NCBI GenBank assembly: GCA_963702205.1
Contig: OY969724.1
Location: 2,496,001-2,560,000, forward strand
Direction: 5' to 3'
From: an uncultured candidate division Zixibacteria bacterium
Lineage (GTDB): Bacteria; Zixibacteria; MSB-5A5; GN15; PGXB01
Length of the DNA: 64,000 nucleotides
The notes under the pieces are model-generated. The model had not been told where the DNA came from. It did not search any database and saw only the letters and a list, made by a program, of their open reading frames with translations. The position numbers and the translations under genes are program-made. Below are positions 1 to 11,190 of this stretch, one piece after another (position 1 is the first letter of the stretch; every line of letters begins with the position of its first letter).

Positions 1-1680
1 CTTATTAAGAGGCGAAATCGACTCAAGGAATTCGGGATCGGTGAGGGGTCCGTATTCGGCTTCACGAATATGCCTCCGGTAATCGGCGGTGTTTTTTAAA
101 AAGGTTACGAAGTTGGCGATGCCGACTTCATCGACGGCCGCCGAAAACAGGTCGGGGTATTCGGTGATGCAGGCCAAAGTGGCATAACCTCCGTAACTGG
201 CTCCTTTGACGCCGATCATGCCCTGCTTTGTAAAGCCTTTCTTAATTAGGTAATCAACACCCGCTTTGATGTCTTTAATGGAGTTCAGGCGGTTCTTGTA
301 ATTATCGAGGTCCATGTATTCTTTACCGTACCCGGACGATCCCCGAATATTAGGCGCGAGAATGCCGTAACCGTTAAGCATCAGGTATTGAAAATGTCGC
401 AAAAAGCCCGGACGGAACTGAGCTTCCGGTCCACCGTGCAAGTGGACAATAAAGGGAATGGGCCGGCCATCGTAGTCGGGCGGGAGGTATAGGAAGGCCG
501 GGATTTCGAGGCCGTCGAATGATTTATAGGTGATCAACTCCGGGTCGGTGAACAGGTTCGGGTCGATCCCGGCATAAGTTGACGTGGTCAGTTTTTTCAA
601 CTCCGGTTTACGCCAGTCCCATAAGTACAGGTCCTGAGTTTTGGAGGGGCTGGAATAAGTATACACGACGCGACCGTCGTCGAGAATAATAGCACCCGAA
701 ACATACCCTTTGGCGGGCGGATCGGGGATGGGACGGTTGTCTTTCATATCCCAGGCGTGAAGAGCCGCATAACCCTGTTCGTTGACAAGCCAGAACATAT
801 ATTCGCGATTGTTAGAAAATCCGATATCCTCAATTATTTCTTTGGATTTCGGATCGAGGTATTCGATCTTCTTTGTAGTTATATCCATGCGGGCGCGTTT
901 GCGCAGGCCATCCGGGTTATCGTTGCAGGTCAGATAAAGAGTCATATTATCGGTGGAGAGGGTCGGGTAATCATAGAATACTTCACCCTCGTGCCGGGTC
1001 AGCAGTTCGTACTTACCGTCATCCAGATTCAAGAGATAAAGATCATCGTTGGCGTTGGAAAAGAGATGATAGATAATCATGTACTTGTTGTCATAAGACA
1101 AATTGGCGATATAATTGGACCCGGTCATGTCAAAAACCCTGGTTTGCTCTCCGGTGGCAAGATCAAAAAAGTATATCCGGAAATCTCCGGGATTTTCTTC
1201 ATTGCTGCGGAAATAGAAACCGCTGCCGTCACCGTTCCAGACCACCGATCCATATTGCACCTGAGGATTATCGGTCAATTGTTCGATGCGGCCGCTTTTG
1301 GCGTCGAGCCAATACAGCTGGGACTGTTCCGAGCCACCGGCCGAAGCCAATACTATGGCCTGGGAGCCGTCGGGGGATAACGTATAATCATCGATACCGT
1401 CGTCGAAGAACGTCAGTCGGTATGGCCAGCCGTCTTCGGTCAGACGGTACAGCTGATTGGCCCCGCTCAGTTTGACATTGGTGAAATAGAATTCTCCTGT
1501 GGACGGGCTGAAGCCAGGTGACCCCGATGAACCGATCATCAGGAAAGTGGCTATATCCGGGATATAGGGTTTATTGGCTATTTGGTTTTTTTGAACGGTT
1601 TCCCCGCATATGGCTGCAGCAATCAAGATCGTCAGAATTAAAAAAAGCAGGGAGCTGAATTTCATTCCCGAAAAATGCAT
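1..1680 (-). CDS. S9 family (prolyl oligopeptidase/dipeptidyl-aminopeptidase-like) serine peptidase, secreted; 3' end runs off the window
   Basis: Not in the ORF track; translated by hand from ATG 1680 (AGGAGG at 1685-1690). Signal-peptide-like N-terminus, beta-propeller-like region, then VHLHGGPE, PNIRGSSGYG and the nucleophile motif GASYGG. Frame is open to position 1. Confidence 0.92.
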   Translation of the reverse strand, partial: MHFSGMKFSSLLFLILTILIAAAICGETVQKNQIANKPYIPDIATFLMIGSSGSPGFSPSTGEFYFTNVKLSGANQLYRLTEDGWPYRLTFFDDGIDDYTLSPDGSQAIVLASAGGSEQSQLYWLDAKSGRIEQLTDNPQVQYGSVVWNGDGSGFYFRSNEENPGDFRIYFFDLATGEQTRVFDMTGSNYIANLSYDNKYMIIYHLFSNANDDLYLLNLDDGKYELLTRHEGEVFYDYPTLSTDNMTLYLTCNDNPDGLRKRARMDITTKKIEYLDPKSKEIIEDIGFSNNREYMFWLVNEQGYAALHAWDMKDNRPIPDPPAKGYVSGAIILDDGRVVYTYSSPSKTQDLYLWDWRKPELKKLTTSTYAGIDPNLFTDPELITYKSFDGLEIPAFLYLPPDYDGRPIPFIVHLHGGPEAQFRPGFLRHFQYLMLNGYGILAPNIRGSSGYGKEYMDLDNYKNRLNSIKDIKAGVDYLIKKGFTKQGMIGVKGASYGGYATLACITEYPDLFSAAVDEVGIANFVTFLKNTADYRRHIREAEYGPLTDPEFLESISPLNK

Positions 1681-1821
1681 TATACCTCCTATGGAATCAG
1701 AGACGCATTAACAATCAATTTAAGATTATTATTAATAATTGGAGACATATTTGTCCAATTGTTTATAGAAATAAACGGAACGGAGATAGAAAAGTTTTGG
1801 AAATGAGGGCGGCGAATAAGG

Positions 1822-2121
1822 TCAGGTCGCCGCTTCGGTTTCAACCGTCTCGGGGACGGATTCTTCGGCCATAACGCGCATATAGAATTTGCATTTCTGG
1901 CAGGGCATTCTATTGAAACGGCATTCGTGCCGGATGGCCGCCGACTGACTGCGCATGATTTCCCAGCAGACTCTTCCGCCGCCCCGGCCACCGTTGATGC
2001 CATCGTATTTCATGGACGCTGACGCCACCGGGCAGGGACCGTGTATTTGAGCGAAAATGCCATTCGGCTCCATACCGCAATTGGTGAATTCCCAGCAGTT
2101 AATTTTGTCTTTACCGGCCAT
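1822..2121 (-). CDS. Small Cys-rich two-CW domain protein (NCWEF...C...CP...RVCW...CxxC)
   Basis: 99 aa ORF with NCWEF and VCW motifs and 7 Cys. Its start overlaps the upstream stop (TAATG at 2119-2123). Confidence 0.8.
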   Translation of the reverse strand: MAGKDKINCWEFTNCGMEPNGIFAQIHGPCPVASASMKYDGINGGRGGGRVCWEIMRSQSAAIRHECRFNRMPCQKCKFYMRVMAEESVPETVETEAAT

Positions 2122-4270
2122 TAGCGGTCATCTTCGTTAATGATTCTCAGGACAGGGGCAAATCGCGATGATGCTTTAAATTCAGCCAGTTCAGCCGGTC
2201 CGACAAGGGTTTTGTATTCGGCATATAAATCGCGGACCTTGCCGAAATCATCTTTGGCAAAGGAATTAAGCATCATAAACTGGAACAGGTAGGGGTCGGT
2301 TGCATTTTCCTTGAGAGCCTTTTTGAAATATTTGTCGGCTTTCTTATAATCGCCAAGTTTGAACAGACAGAGCCCGGCCCCGTAAAGAGCGGGGTAGAAG
2401 TTTTTCTCTTTGTCCAGCGCCGTTTCGTAATCGGTCAGAGCCGGTCGAAAATCGCCTTCGTCATACCTGACGCCGGCCAGTCCGACCCAGGCAACTTCGT
2501 TGTCCTTGTTCAGCTTGATAGCGGCGTTGAAGGCGTCGCGGGCCTGTTTTGGCTGACGGGACAATCGGTTGATTTCACCCGCCCGCACATAATCGTCGAT
2601 GGCCAGGTCGTTCTTTTCTGTCTTTGCGTAAGCCTCGGCTCTTTTAATGTAGGCCGGAGCATATCCGGGGTTTTTGTTGATCGATTTGGTCAAATCGTCG
2701 ATGGCCGACTCCAGATTGCCCTTGGCCAGAGCGTCTTTGCCAAGTTCATAATGGTCTTCGGCCGATAGTGATTGACCCGAATTTTCCTCCAAACGGGAGA
2801 GATCGACGTTCAAAGTATATGTTTTTCCGGACTCAATCGTGACTTTCCCGGAGAATTCTTTGTACCCTGCTTTGTTGACTTTGACCGTATGAGTGCCAGG
2901 TTTTATTCTGGAATAAGTATTGTTTCCGGAACCCTGGACGTCGCCATCGACCACGAGGCGAGCATCAGGCACGTTCGCGACCAGAGCGAGTTTGCCGAAT
3001 TTGGAAGAACTGCTCGATGAGGAGGTTTTGGTTGAAGATGCGGACGTCCTTTTGTCGGCGGAGTTATCGGAGCCGTTATGGGAAGACGAGCCTTGAGATG
3101 TTTGCCGATCGTTATCTACCTTTTTTTTTCGGCCACGATCGGTTCCAATTTGTCGCAGGTAGTCAAAGTGGATTGACTTTCGACAACGGTGACGTTTTCC
3201 CTTCCCCAGTAATGATCGCCAAGAACGTACTCAATTTCATACGTCCCGGTGGGGATGTCATGAAACCGGAAAAATCCCTGGGTATTGCTGGTCGTCGATT
3301 TGTGCAGCGACGGTATCGATACGCGGGCGCCTTCGAGATAGGGCTGTCCCGAAGAGTCGAGAACCACACCGATGACTTCACCTTCACCGGAAACGGTCGG
3401 TCCGACAAACAGGGCGCCGACGATGGAAAGTATGATGACCAGCGTCGCGGCGAAGGCAATGTAGGCGGCTTTTCGGCCGATTCTTTTCGGCCGCAGAAGG
3501 TAACCACGATTGTTGACGATAATTTCATCACCATTGTGAAGGGAGGGCTTGCCGACGATTTGTATGAAATTGCCCCGGAAAAAGGCAACGCCGCGCGAAC
3601 GCGGGGCCATTTCGACGTGCGGCCTGGTCGCCGGATCCTCGATCGGCCGGATGGAATTTTGAGTGTCCGCAGATTCGGAAAAAGAAGACTCGGCTTTGGC
3701 GGCATTTATTTTCTTGGGGTCAATGACGTTGTTGGGTATGTTTGCCGGATCTATGGCCGGTTTTTCAGGCTTGGCCGGCTTTTCTGGTTTTTCATTGCCA
3801 TAAAGTTGCTTACGAAGATTCGTCACTTCTTCCTGCGATAATTTTTTAAGCTGATCGGACTGATCGCCGGATAGACTTTCCGCTTTGTATGCCTGCGGTT
3901 GAGTTATCTCCTCGATATTTTCTTCGGGAACAGGAATATGTGGGTTTGAATCACCTATCAGTTTATTGGTGTCCCCTGAAGATGCGGACGAGAAATTCTT
4001 TTCGGCCGGCGCCTGCGGCTCCTTGTCGAGGAGATTGGCGTTTGAAGTTATCTCGATGGAATCCTCGGTCGGGGTCTTAAGAAACTCGGGAGTCGTCGGG
4101 GCACCGGGCTCGGTGACCACGAAATCCAGACCGTCATCGGCCGAAGCCTGTGACGGCGTGTTCGGCTCCGTACTTTCTGCCGGAGCATCAGAGAGCGGCG
4201 CTCCGCAATTTTTGCAGAATTGGGCCCCCTCGAATATATTTTCAGCATTGCATTTTGGACAAACCTTCAA
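2121..4270 (-). CDS. Zn-ribbon / TM / carboxypeptidase-regulatory-like / PEGA / TPR protein, interrupted by a frameshift at an A9 run (3121-3129)
   Basis: ORF 3116-4270 has CPKC..CKNC, one TM helix and a GEVIGVVLDSSGQPYLEGARVSI domain. ORF 2121-2972 has PEGA (PDARLVVDG..IKPGTHTVKVNKAGY) and TPRs. Adding one A at the run joins them through a Ser-rich linker (~716 aa). TTG start with an AGGAG RBS. Confidence 0.75.
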
Positions 4271-4309
4271 AATGTTTCTCCTAAGAAAAAGATAGATTCT
4301 TTTAGTTAA

Positions 4310-4336
4310 TTATCGTCCTAAATCGTCTTAACTTTA
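4310..4336 (-). promoter_or_regulatory. sigma28 (FliA/WhiG family)-like promoter
   Basis: Minus strand reads TAAAGTTA-N11-GACGATAA versus consensus TAAAGTTT-N11-GCCGATAA, 40 nt upstream of the 4270 start. Confidence 0.6.
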
Positions 4337-4391
4337 GACCTTAAAAGGGACGGGAGAGGGGAAGAAGTTATTGAAATTCTCCAATTTACGC

Positions 4392-4420
4392 TTGACTATC
4401 CCAGAGGTATAAAGTATAAT
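4392..4420 (+). promoter_or_regulatory. sigma70-type promoter for the lipoprotein gene
   Basis: TTGACT-N17-TATAAT, about 50 nt upstream of ATG 4471. Confidence 0.65.
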
Positions 4421-4470
4421 CGGATATTATTTTGGAAAATAACATTCTTAATAGGAAGGGATAATAGAGT

Positions 4471-6204
4471 ATGAACGGGCGACTTAACCGCTTGTTTTGC
4501 GTGACTTTAATAGCCATACTGGTGGTCGCGGTCTCAGGATGCGACCAGCCCGCCAACGTAATAGCCCCAACCTCTACCACCGAATTAACCTTAAATCCCG
4601 TGCGCTTGTTCGATCCTCCTCAGGGGTATGCCTATGCCCTGTGGGTTATAGACACTCTCGATGAAGCGAGTTATGTTGATATTTTCAGCTGGGATCATGC
4701 TTTATATAAATTTCGGGATACCTCCGGAAATGCCATCGACAACGTTTGGGACGCCAAGCAAAACGTGCTTGACCCGAAATATCGCTTTGTCGCCATGTCA
4801 ATCGAGCAGTTGTCGAATTTCGATACCACGGCCATGGGTCCCATAATGCTTATGGATACAATCGTCGATCCCAATAACTACACTATGCAGATGGTTTTCC
4901 CTCTGCACGTTTGGGAGACCGAAGGGTCGTTTTGTATGGAAACTCCTACCGACGGAAATTCCAACAGCAATGAAGCCAGCGGCGTTTGGTTTGCCCTTTA
5001 TGTATATGATTCTCTGATTGTCAGGGATACGACCAATTTAATTCAACCAAGCCTGCAATCTCTCAAAAGGCAGTTCTCCTATGACACCCTTCACTGGGTT
5101 TGTAACACTTATGACGGCGAGAACTGCATCGATTCGACCTTCGTCCCGCTCGATAATATAACGTCACCTGATGATTATGATTATATTACGGTCGATTCGC
5201 TGGGGAATCTGGATGTGACATATTATGTGTGTACCGCCACTGATATTGACGATAACTGTATCGATTCGACAGGCTATGACAGGGAAACGGAGATCAGTCA
5301 GGGCATTCAATATGACTGGATAGTGGTAAACACCCTTGATACCATAGGGTATGTTAACAAGGATTGCGGCCATACCGGAGAGCTTTTGACGGGTGCGGCC
5401 CTTTACAATAATAATGTCGACACAGCCTATCTGGATACGATAAGTTATAATTATTGTACCTTCGAGTGGTACGCCACTCCGGTAAACATTAGCAATTCGA
5501 TAAGAAAAGATACGGTCAGATTCGATAGCGGAAATCCGATAACATTTAATGTCGAGCCTTTCACGGATTATATTCACAAGGTGAATTACACTTCCGCTCC
5601 AACCATCAGGTATATTGACAGGTTCATAACCGGGTTCGACACCGAGGTTTCGCCGGATCTGGAAGGAACCGGCTGGCACTATCGAGGCTGGGTTCTGGCG
5701 CCTTCCGGCAGGATAAGCCCTACCGATTTCGGGACCCTGACTAAACCGGCCTGGACGGGTGCGGCGTTTAATTTGTATCTTGACCCGATTGACGGTGGTG
5801 TAGTTTCGACAGGAGCTTTTTATAGATTCGATTATCCGGATATAGAAAACGCCTTTATCCAAAGGAACCCTTATGCCAGCCCGAATATGGCTCGGGTCCC
5901 TCCGTTTCCGGGAGAAGACTTCCTGAATACCAGTACTCTTCCGGGGGGCGCTCAGTTGAATTTCATTCAACCGGGAGAGACGCATCCGGTGGGGAAAGTA
6001 TTGATTACTCTTGAGCCGGATAATTATTGGGACCCCAACGACAACTTCCCTCTAATATTGATGTCGAGTGCTTTGCCGAGCTATAGCGCGATTTCCATAA
6101 ACCACCCTCATTCAACGGCGAATTTTGATTTGGCAAATTTGTATCATATTACCAGCGTCGGCTATGGAATGCCAACCATTTCGCTGAAGATCGCGGTTAA
6201 ATAA
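4471..6204 (+). CDS. Hypothetical lipoprotein (lipobox VSGC) with an internal Cys repeat and a C-terminal region resembling the Bacteroidota 'anti-sigma factor-like' lipoproteins
   Basis: 577 aa ORF with a signal peptide ending VAVSG-C. The motifs YRGWV, VSTGAF, PPFPGEDFL and ITLEPD were recognised from memory; no search was run. Confidence 0.7.
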   Translation: MNGRLNRLFCVTLIAILVVAVSGCDQPANVIAPTSTTELTLNPVRLFDPPQGYAYALWVIDTLDEASYVDIFSWDHALYKFRDTSGNAIDNVWDAKQNVLDPKYRFVAMSIEQLSNFDTTAMGPIMLMDTIVDPNNYTMQMVFPLHVWETEGSFCMETPTDGNSNSNEASGVWFALYVYDSLIVRDTTNLIQPSLQSLKRQFSYDTLHWVCNTYDGENCIDSTFVPLDNITSPDDYDYITVDSLGNLDVTYYVCTATDIDDNCIDSTGYDRETEISQGIQYDWIVVNTLDTIGYVNKDCGHTGELLTGAALYNNNVDTAYLDTISYNYCTFEWYATPVNISNSIRKDTVRFDSGNPITFNVEPFTDYIHKVNYTSAPTIRYIDRFITGFDTEVSPDLEGTGWHYRGWVLAPSGRISPTDFGTLTKPAWTGAAFNLYLDPIDGGVVSTGAFYRFDYPDIENAFIQRNPYASPNMARVPPFPGEDFLNTSTLPGGAQLNFIQPGETHPVGKVLITLEPDNYWDPNDNFPLILMSSALPSYSAISINHPHSTANFDLANLYHITSVGYGMPTISLKIAVK

Positions 6205-6222
6205 AAGATTGTAGCTGATTTT

Positions 6223-6251
6223 AAAAGCCCCGTATTTGCGGGGCTTTTTTT
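6223..6251 (+). terminator. Rho-independent terminator
   Basis: AAAAGCCCCG-TATTTG-CGGGGCTTTTTTT just after the 6204 stop. Confidence 0.85.
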
Positions 6252-6363
6252 ATATATTAGTCTTTTATTAAATTATGATTGTCATAGAGGGGAATTATAA
6301 TATTTTTGCCGGGTCCAATTGTGTGAATATTTATTATTATAACCGGTATAATTAAATAGAGCC

Positions 6364-6390
6364 GCAACTTTTATTGAAGTCGGTCGTCTA
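6364..6390 (+). promoter_or_regulatory. ECF sigma factor-type promoter for the tolC-macA-ABC operon
   Basis: GCAAC-N16-CGTCTA, matching the generic ECF AAC-N16/17-CGT pattern. Confidence 0.5.
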
Positions 6391-6552
6391 ATTTACATGA
6401 GGTAAAAAATGGATTGCGTTAACTACTCTTTGCCGCCAAAACAAGACATATCAAATTCATCTGTCAGACGGGGTCGTACCCGGCAGATCGAGGCCGTTTC
6501 GTATTCCACTTCGGTTGCAAATGGTATGCAAAAAATCATAGGAGAGAAATCG

Positions 6553-7918
6553 ATGAGGCGATTTTCAATCGGACTTTTCTGGATGCTGATGAGTATGCTG
6601 GTTATTATTCCCGGCATCGTACAGGCCAGGACCCTTACATTGGACGACTGCATTACTCTGGCGCTTAAAGATCACCAGGACGTGATTCGGGCGAAAGGCA
6701 ATTTGCGGACGGCGAATGGTACATTGTGGCAGGCGGCCGGTGTGTTTTTGCCGTCGCTCAGTTTCAACGCCAGTGCCAGGCAATCGGACAGCAAGAGTTA
6801 TTACAGCTATCCGGAACTGCTGAGCATCGGGCAAACCGGACCGTCATCGTGGGAAATTACCGACTATCGTACAGACACAGTATATAACGATGGTTTTTCC
6901 AGATCGTATAACATGGGGTTGTCCGCCAATTTGACTCTGTTTAATGGACTCAGAAACGTTTTTAACTATCTCGGGGCGAGAGCCGACAAAAAGCTGTCCG
7001 AGTACAGTCTTGAAGCGACTGAACAAAATATGATATTGAACGTAAAGACAACATATTTCGCATACTTGAGAGCGATCGAACAAAAGAAAATCATGGAAGA
7101 AGCGGTTAAGCGCGGTGAGGAACAGTACCCGTCTGGCATCGTCGAAGTACGAAGTCGGATCGGCGTCCAAATCCGACGTTCTCAAGGCTCAGGTTCAGTA
7201 CGGCAACGACAAGCTCAACCTGATCGATGCCGATAACCAGCTCAAAATAGCGCAGGCTACCCTGGCTCAACTGGTCGGACTCGACCCGTATGCGGACGTG
7301 ACGTTTTCTGAAGATTATAAGCCCAGAGAGTATACCGGCAATGAAGACGATGCCGTCAAAACCGGCCTGACCAATCATCCCGGATTGTTATCTTACGAGC
7401 AAAACATGAAAGCCGCCAAATACGACGTGCGTTCGACCTACGGCCGGTTCTTCCCAAGTTTAAGTGTTTCGGCATCGCGTGACTGGTCGGGAAGCCGCTG
7501 GAAAGACGTCTCCGGGTTCAGCGGAGACAACGGCGTCTGGTCGCTATCAACTTCATTGAATTTTCCGATATTCGAAGGGTTCAGCAAGAAGAGCGATATA
7601 GCCAGATCCAAGGCCAGTTTGAATAACGCCAAAGCCGATTATTATTATAACAAAACCGGGGTCGAACTCGATATTAAAACGGCCTACCTGAATATCCAGG
7701 AAGCCACAGAAGCTCTGAAAGTGGCCGAAGAAGTGGTGGCGTCGGCCGAAGAAGATATGTCCATAACTCAGGAAAAATATAACCTGGGAGCGGCGTCGAT
7801 CCTCGACCTTCTTGACGCCCAGGTCAGTCTGATAAATGCTCAGAATACACAGAACAATGCCAAATTTGACCATAATTTGGCCATAGCAAAGCTCGAAAAT
7901 GCTATGGGAATTAAATAA
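6553..7918 (+). CDS. TolC family outer-membrane channel, frameshifted by one extra C at ~7128-7130
   Basis: ORFs 6409-7236 and 7115-7918 carry the N- and C-terminal halves of TolC (LTLDDCITLAL, KYEVGSASKSDVLKAQ, KYNLGAASILDLLDAQ). Removing one C from TACCCGT gives EQYRLASSKY (~454 aa). AGGAG RBS before ATG 6553. Confidence 0.85.
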
Positions 7919-7946
7919 AATTGATTAAAAGCAAAGGTGTCGCAAA

Positions 7947-9254
7947 ATGAAAAAGAAGAAGCTGTTAATTATCATCGGTGGCCTGGTCGTAATATTAATA
8001 ATAGTGGCCAATGTTTTGACCAGCGGCAAAAAAGGAATTACGGTGAGCGCCGATAACGCGAAATTGGAAGATATTGTCGAAGAAGTTTCGGCCTCAGGTT
8101 ACATTCAGCCGCAAAACCGGGTTAATATAACGTCGGAGGTTACGGCTGAAATAATCACTCTTCCGGTGAAGGAAGGTCAGGCGGTCAATAAAGGTGACCT
8201 TTTGGTGGTTCTTGATACGGTCCAGTTGCAGAAGGATCTGGAACAAACGAAGTATTCTCTGGACGAGATCGAAGCGCGGACGTCGGCGGCGAAGTCAGGA
8301 TTCCAGCAGGCCGAGCAGGAATTCAATCGCAAACAGCAGCTTTATAAAAGCGGGCTTATTTCGGACACGGAATTCGAACTGGCCCAATATCAATATGACA
8401 ATTCCAAGTTCAGCTATCAGGCCATGGTAAGCTCCACGAAGCAAGCCCAGTCCCGTTATGAAAAGGCCGAAGACAACCTTAGCAAAACCAAGATACTTTC
8501 GCCCATGAACGGCGTGATAACGTATCTGGATGCGGACGTAGGTGAGATCGCGGCCGCGCAGACGGTTTATTCAACGGGTAAAACGCTCATGACGATTTCC
8601 AATCTATCGGTTTTCGAAGTCGAAGTTGACGTCGACGAAACCGAGATCAACAAGGTCGAAAAAGGCCAGAAAGCTAAAATCGAGGTTGATGCATTTCCCG
8701 ATACGACTTTTTCCGGAGAGGTTCTGGAGATTGGTAATACAGCCGTCGTGGCCAATGCCGGTTCGACGGAACAATCGACGAATTTCAAGGTAAAAATACT
8801 GTTCCAGGACGCCAATGTTTCGATCAAGCCGGGGATGTCGGCGACCGTTGATATCGTCACGAACTCACGGGAAATGGCCCTGTGTGTGCCGTACAGCGCA
8901 ATTGTCATGCGTACCCTCGATCCCGATTCCCTTAAGAAGACCGAAGATGATTCATCATCGGGCGGCTTGGTGGAAACGGCCCATGCCGCAACGCCTGAAG
9001 AAACGGGCGATTCGACAATGATGAAGACCGGCGAGAAAGAAAAGAAAGACATAAAAGGCGTGTTTGTGGTCAAGGACGGGAAGGTGAAATTCCTTCCGGT
9101 TGAGACCGGTATCGCCGACCAGAAGAATATCGAGATCACATCCGGGCTGGAAGAAGGAAGTCAGGTCGTGATCGGTCCGTTCCGGACGCTCAGGACTCTT
9201 AAGAACGACGATGAAGTTAAAGTTGAAGAAAAAGAAAAGGGGAAAGAATTATAA
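7947..9254 (+). CDS. Efflux periplasmic adaptor subunit (MacA/HlyD family)
   Basis: N-terminal anchor, lipoyl-like [14 protein letters not shown], coiled-coil hairpin, ILSPMNGVI and IKPGMSA. Confidence 0.92.
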   Translation: MKKKKLLIIIGGLVVILIIVANVLTSGKKGITVSADNAKLEDIVEEVSASGYIQPQNRVNITSEVTAEIITLPVKEGQAVNKGDLLVVLDTVQLQKDLEQTKYSLDEIEARTSAAKSGFQQAEQEFNRKQQLYKSGLISDTEFELAQYQYDNSKFSYQAMVSSTKQAQSRYEKAEDNLSKTKILSPMNGVITYLDADVGEIAAAQTVYSTGKTLMTISNLSVFEVEVDVDETEINKVEKGQKAKIEVDAFPDTTFSGEVLEIGNTAVVANAGSTEQSTNFKVKILFQDANVSIKPGMSATVDIVTNSREMALCVPYSAIVMRTLDPDSLKKTEDDSSSGGLVETAHAATPEETGDSTMMKTGEKEKKDIKGVFVVKDGKVKFLPVETGIADQKNIEITSGLEEGSQVVIGPFRTLRTLKNDDEVKVEEKEKGKEL

Positions 9255-9970
9255 TGGCCCTTATAGACACCAATGACCTTTGGAAAACATTCGAAATGGG
9301 GTCGATCAAGGTCCATGCCTTGCGCGGAGTCAGCATAACCATTGCGAAAGGCGACTATGTGGCGATTATGGGGCCATCCGGTTCAGGGAAGTCGACCCTT
9401 ATGAATCTGATCGGGTGCCTGGACACACCCAGCCAGGGGACTTATCATCTGAACGGGAGACTGGTCAGCGACATGACCGACGATGAACTGGCGCATATTC
9501 GGAATAAAGAAATCGGTTTTGTATTTCAAACTTTCAATTTATTGCCGAGAGCAACGGCGCTGCATAATGTCGAGCTACCGTTGATTTACAGCGGGCGGCC
9601 ACGAGAAACCCGTGAAATTATGGCCAAAAAGGCCCTGGGGCAGGTTGACTTATCCGACCGGATGCTGCACAGGCCCAACGAACTTTCCGGAGGGCAAAGG
9701 CAGCGGGTGGCGATTGCCCGGGCGCTGGTCAATGAACCCTCGCTGATACTGGCCGATGAACCGACGGGTAACCTCGACAGTAAGACCAGTACGGAAATTA
9801 TGGACCTGTTGTCGCACCTGCATCAGGAAGGAAATACTATCATTGTGGTAACGCACGATCATGAGGTCGCCTCGTTTTCGCAAAGGGTACTGCATATCCG
9901 TGACGGTGTAATCGAAAAAGAAGAAATTACCGGCAATGGATTCAAAACCGCCAGCAGGGTGCCGTCATGA
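9254..9970 (+). CDS. ABC transporter ATP-binding protein (MacB/LolD type)
   Basis: Walker [10 protein letters not shown], signature [15 protein letters not shown], Walker [13 protein letters not shown]-loop VTHD. Confidence 0.95.
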   Translation: MALIDTNDLWKTFEMGSIKVHALRGVSITIAKGDYVAIMGPSGSGKSTLMNLIGCLDTPSQGTYHLNGRLVSDMTDDELAHIRNKEIGFVFQTFNLLPRATALHNVELPLIYSGRPRETREIMAKKALGQVDLSDRMLHRPNELSGGQRQRVAIARALVNEPSLILADEPTGNLDSKTSTEIMDLLSHLHQEGNTIIVVTHDHEVASFSQRVLHIRDGVIEKEEITGNGFKTASRVPS

Positions 9971-11187
9971 TCTTTTGGGATATTTTTAAGATGTCTGCCG
10001 GCGCCTTGCGCGCCAATAAGATGAGGTCGTTTTTGACTTTGCTTGGGGTGATTATCGGGGTTACTTCGGTGATCACGATCATTTCGGCTCTGGAAGGGCT
10101 GTCCCAGTCGATCCAGGAAGAACTGGCGACCCTCGGCCCGACGACGTTCATTGTCAATCGGTTCGGTATTATAATGAGCCACGAGGCATTCATGGACGCT
10201 CTTAAAAGAAAACCGATGAAGTCGGAATATGCCGACATGATCCTCGAAGGGTGTGATGAATGTGAAAGGGTGGGCTTGCAGGACGGCACGCGCGGCGAGG
10301 CTAAATATCGCAACAACAGAGTCAGGAGATCGCAGATAATCGGGGCGTCGGCCAGCATGATCGATATTATAGATACGGAAATCGGCCAGGGGCAATTCTT
10401 TATGCCCGAGGAAGAAAAAACAAGAACGCGGGTGGCATTCATAGGAGACGGAATCGCGGAGGAACTGTACCCGGGTCTGGACCCGATCGGTCGGGAAATT
10501 AAGCTTGAAGGGATCAAATATAAAATAGTCGGTATCGCCAGGAAAAAGGGTGCGTCTCTCGATGAAGACTCGGACAAGAATATTTTTATACCGTACTCGA
10601 CTTACCTTAAAGATTTTGCAGGGCGCTACCTGGACCCGGCCATTTTCGTCAAAGCCAAGTCGATGGACAATCTGCAGGTTGCCATGGATCAGGCGCGGGT
10701 GGTCTTAAGATCAGCCCGGCACGTCCCGTACGACAAGCCCGATGACTTCGGCATTACGACGGCCGATGCCGTTATGCAGGCTATAAATAATACCACGAAA
10801 TTTATTCGTTTTGGCCTGATTGGAATATCTTCGATCGCTTTGGTCGTGGGCGGAATAATTATCATGAACATCATGATGGTTTCGGTGACCGAGCGGACGC
10901 GCGAAATCGGTATTCGTAAGTCAATCGGCGCCCGTCAAAAGGATATTCTCCTGCAGTTCCTGTATGAGGCCCTTATTTTGTCTCTGGGGGGTGGCATTAT
11001 CGGAATCTGTATCGGCATGTTCCTCGGGAACATGCTAATAAATTTGATACACATGAATATGACGCCGACCTTGTTCGCCATTATGCTCGGGCTCGGCATA
11101 TCGAGCGGAACGGGCCTGTTTTTCGGCATATATCCGGCCATGAAAGCGGCCCGTCTGCAGCCGGTTAAAGCTCTGGGGTTCGAATAA
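9967..11187 (+). CDS. MacB/FtsX-type ABC permease 1
   Basis: [50 protein letters not shown]. Confidence 0.93.
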   Translation: MIFWDIFKMSAGALRANKMRSFLTLLGVIIGVTSVITIISALEGLSQSIQEELATLGPTTFIVNRFGIIMSHEAFMDALKRKPMKSEYADMILEGCDECERVGLQDGTRGEAKYRNNRVRRSQIIGASASMIDIIDTEIGQGQFFMPEEEKTRTRVAFIGDGIAEELYPGLDPIGREIKLEGIKYKIVGIARKKGASLDEDSDKNIFIPYSTYLKDFAGRYLDPAIFVKAKSMDNLQVAMDQARVVLRSARHVPYDKPDDFGITTADAVMQAINNTTKFIRFGLIGISSIALVVGGIIIMNIMMVSVTERTREIGIRKSIGARQKDILLQFLYEALILSLGGGIIGICIGMFLGNMLINLIHMNMTPTLFAIMLGLGISSGTGLFFGIYPAMKAARLQPVKALGFE

Positions 11188-11190
11188 AGT

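Noticed and set aside
757..1380. 207 aa plus-strand ORF
   Set aside because: Antisense shadow of the S9 peptidase, which has clear motifs on the minus strand.
6409..6552. In-frame upstream ATG adding 48 aa to TolC
   Set aside because: It would bury the signal peptide, and ATG 6553 has its own AGGAG RBS. A leader role cannot be excluded but is unsupported.
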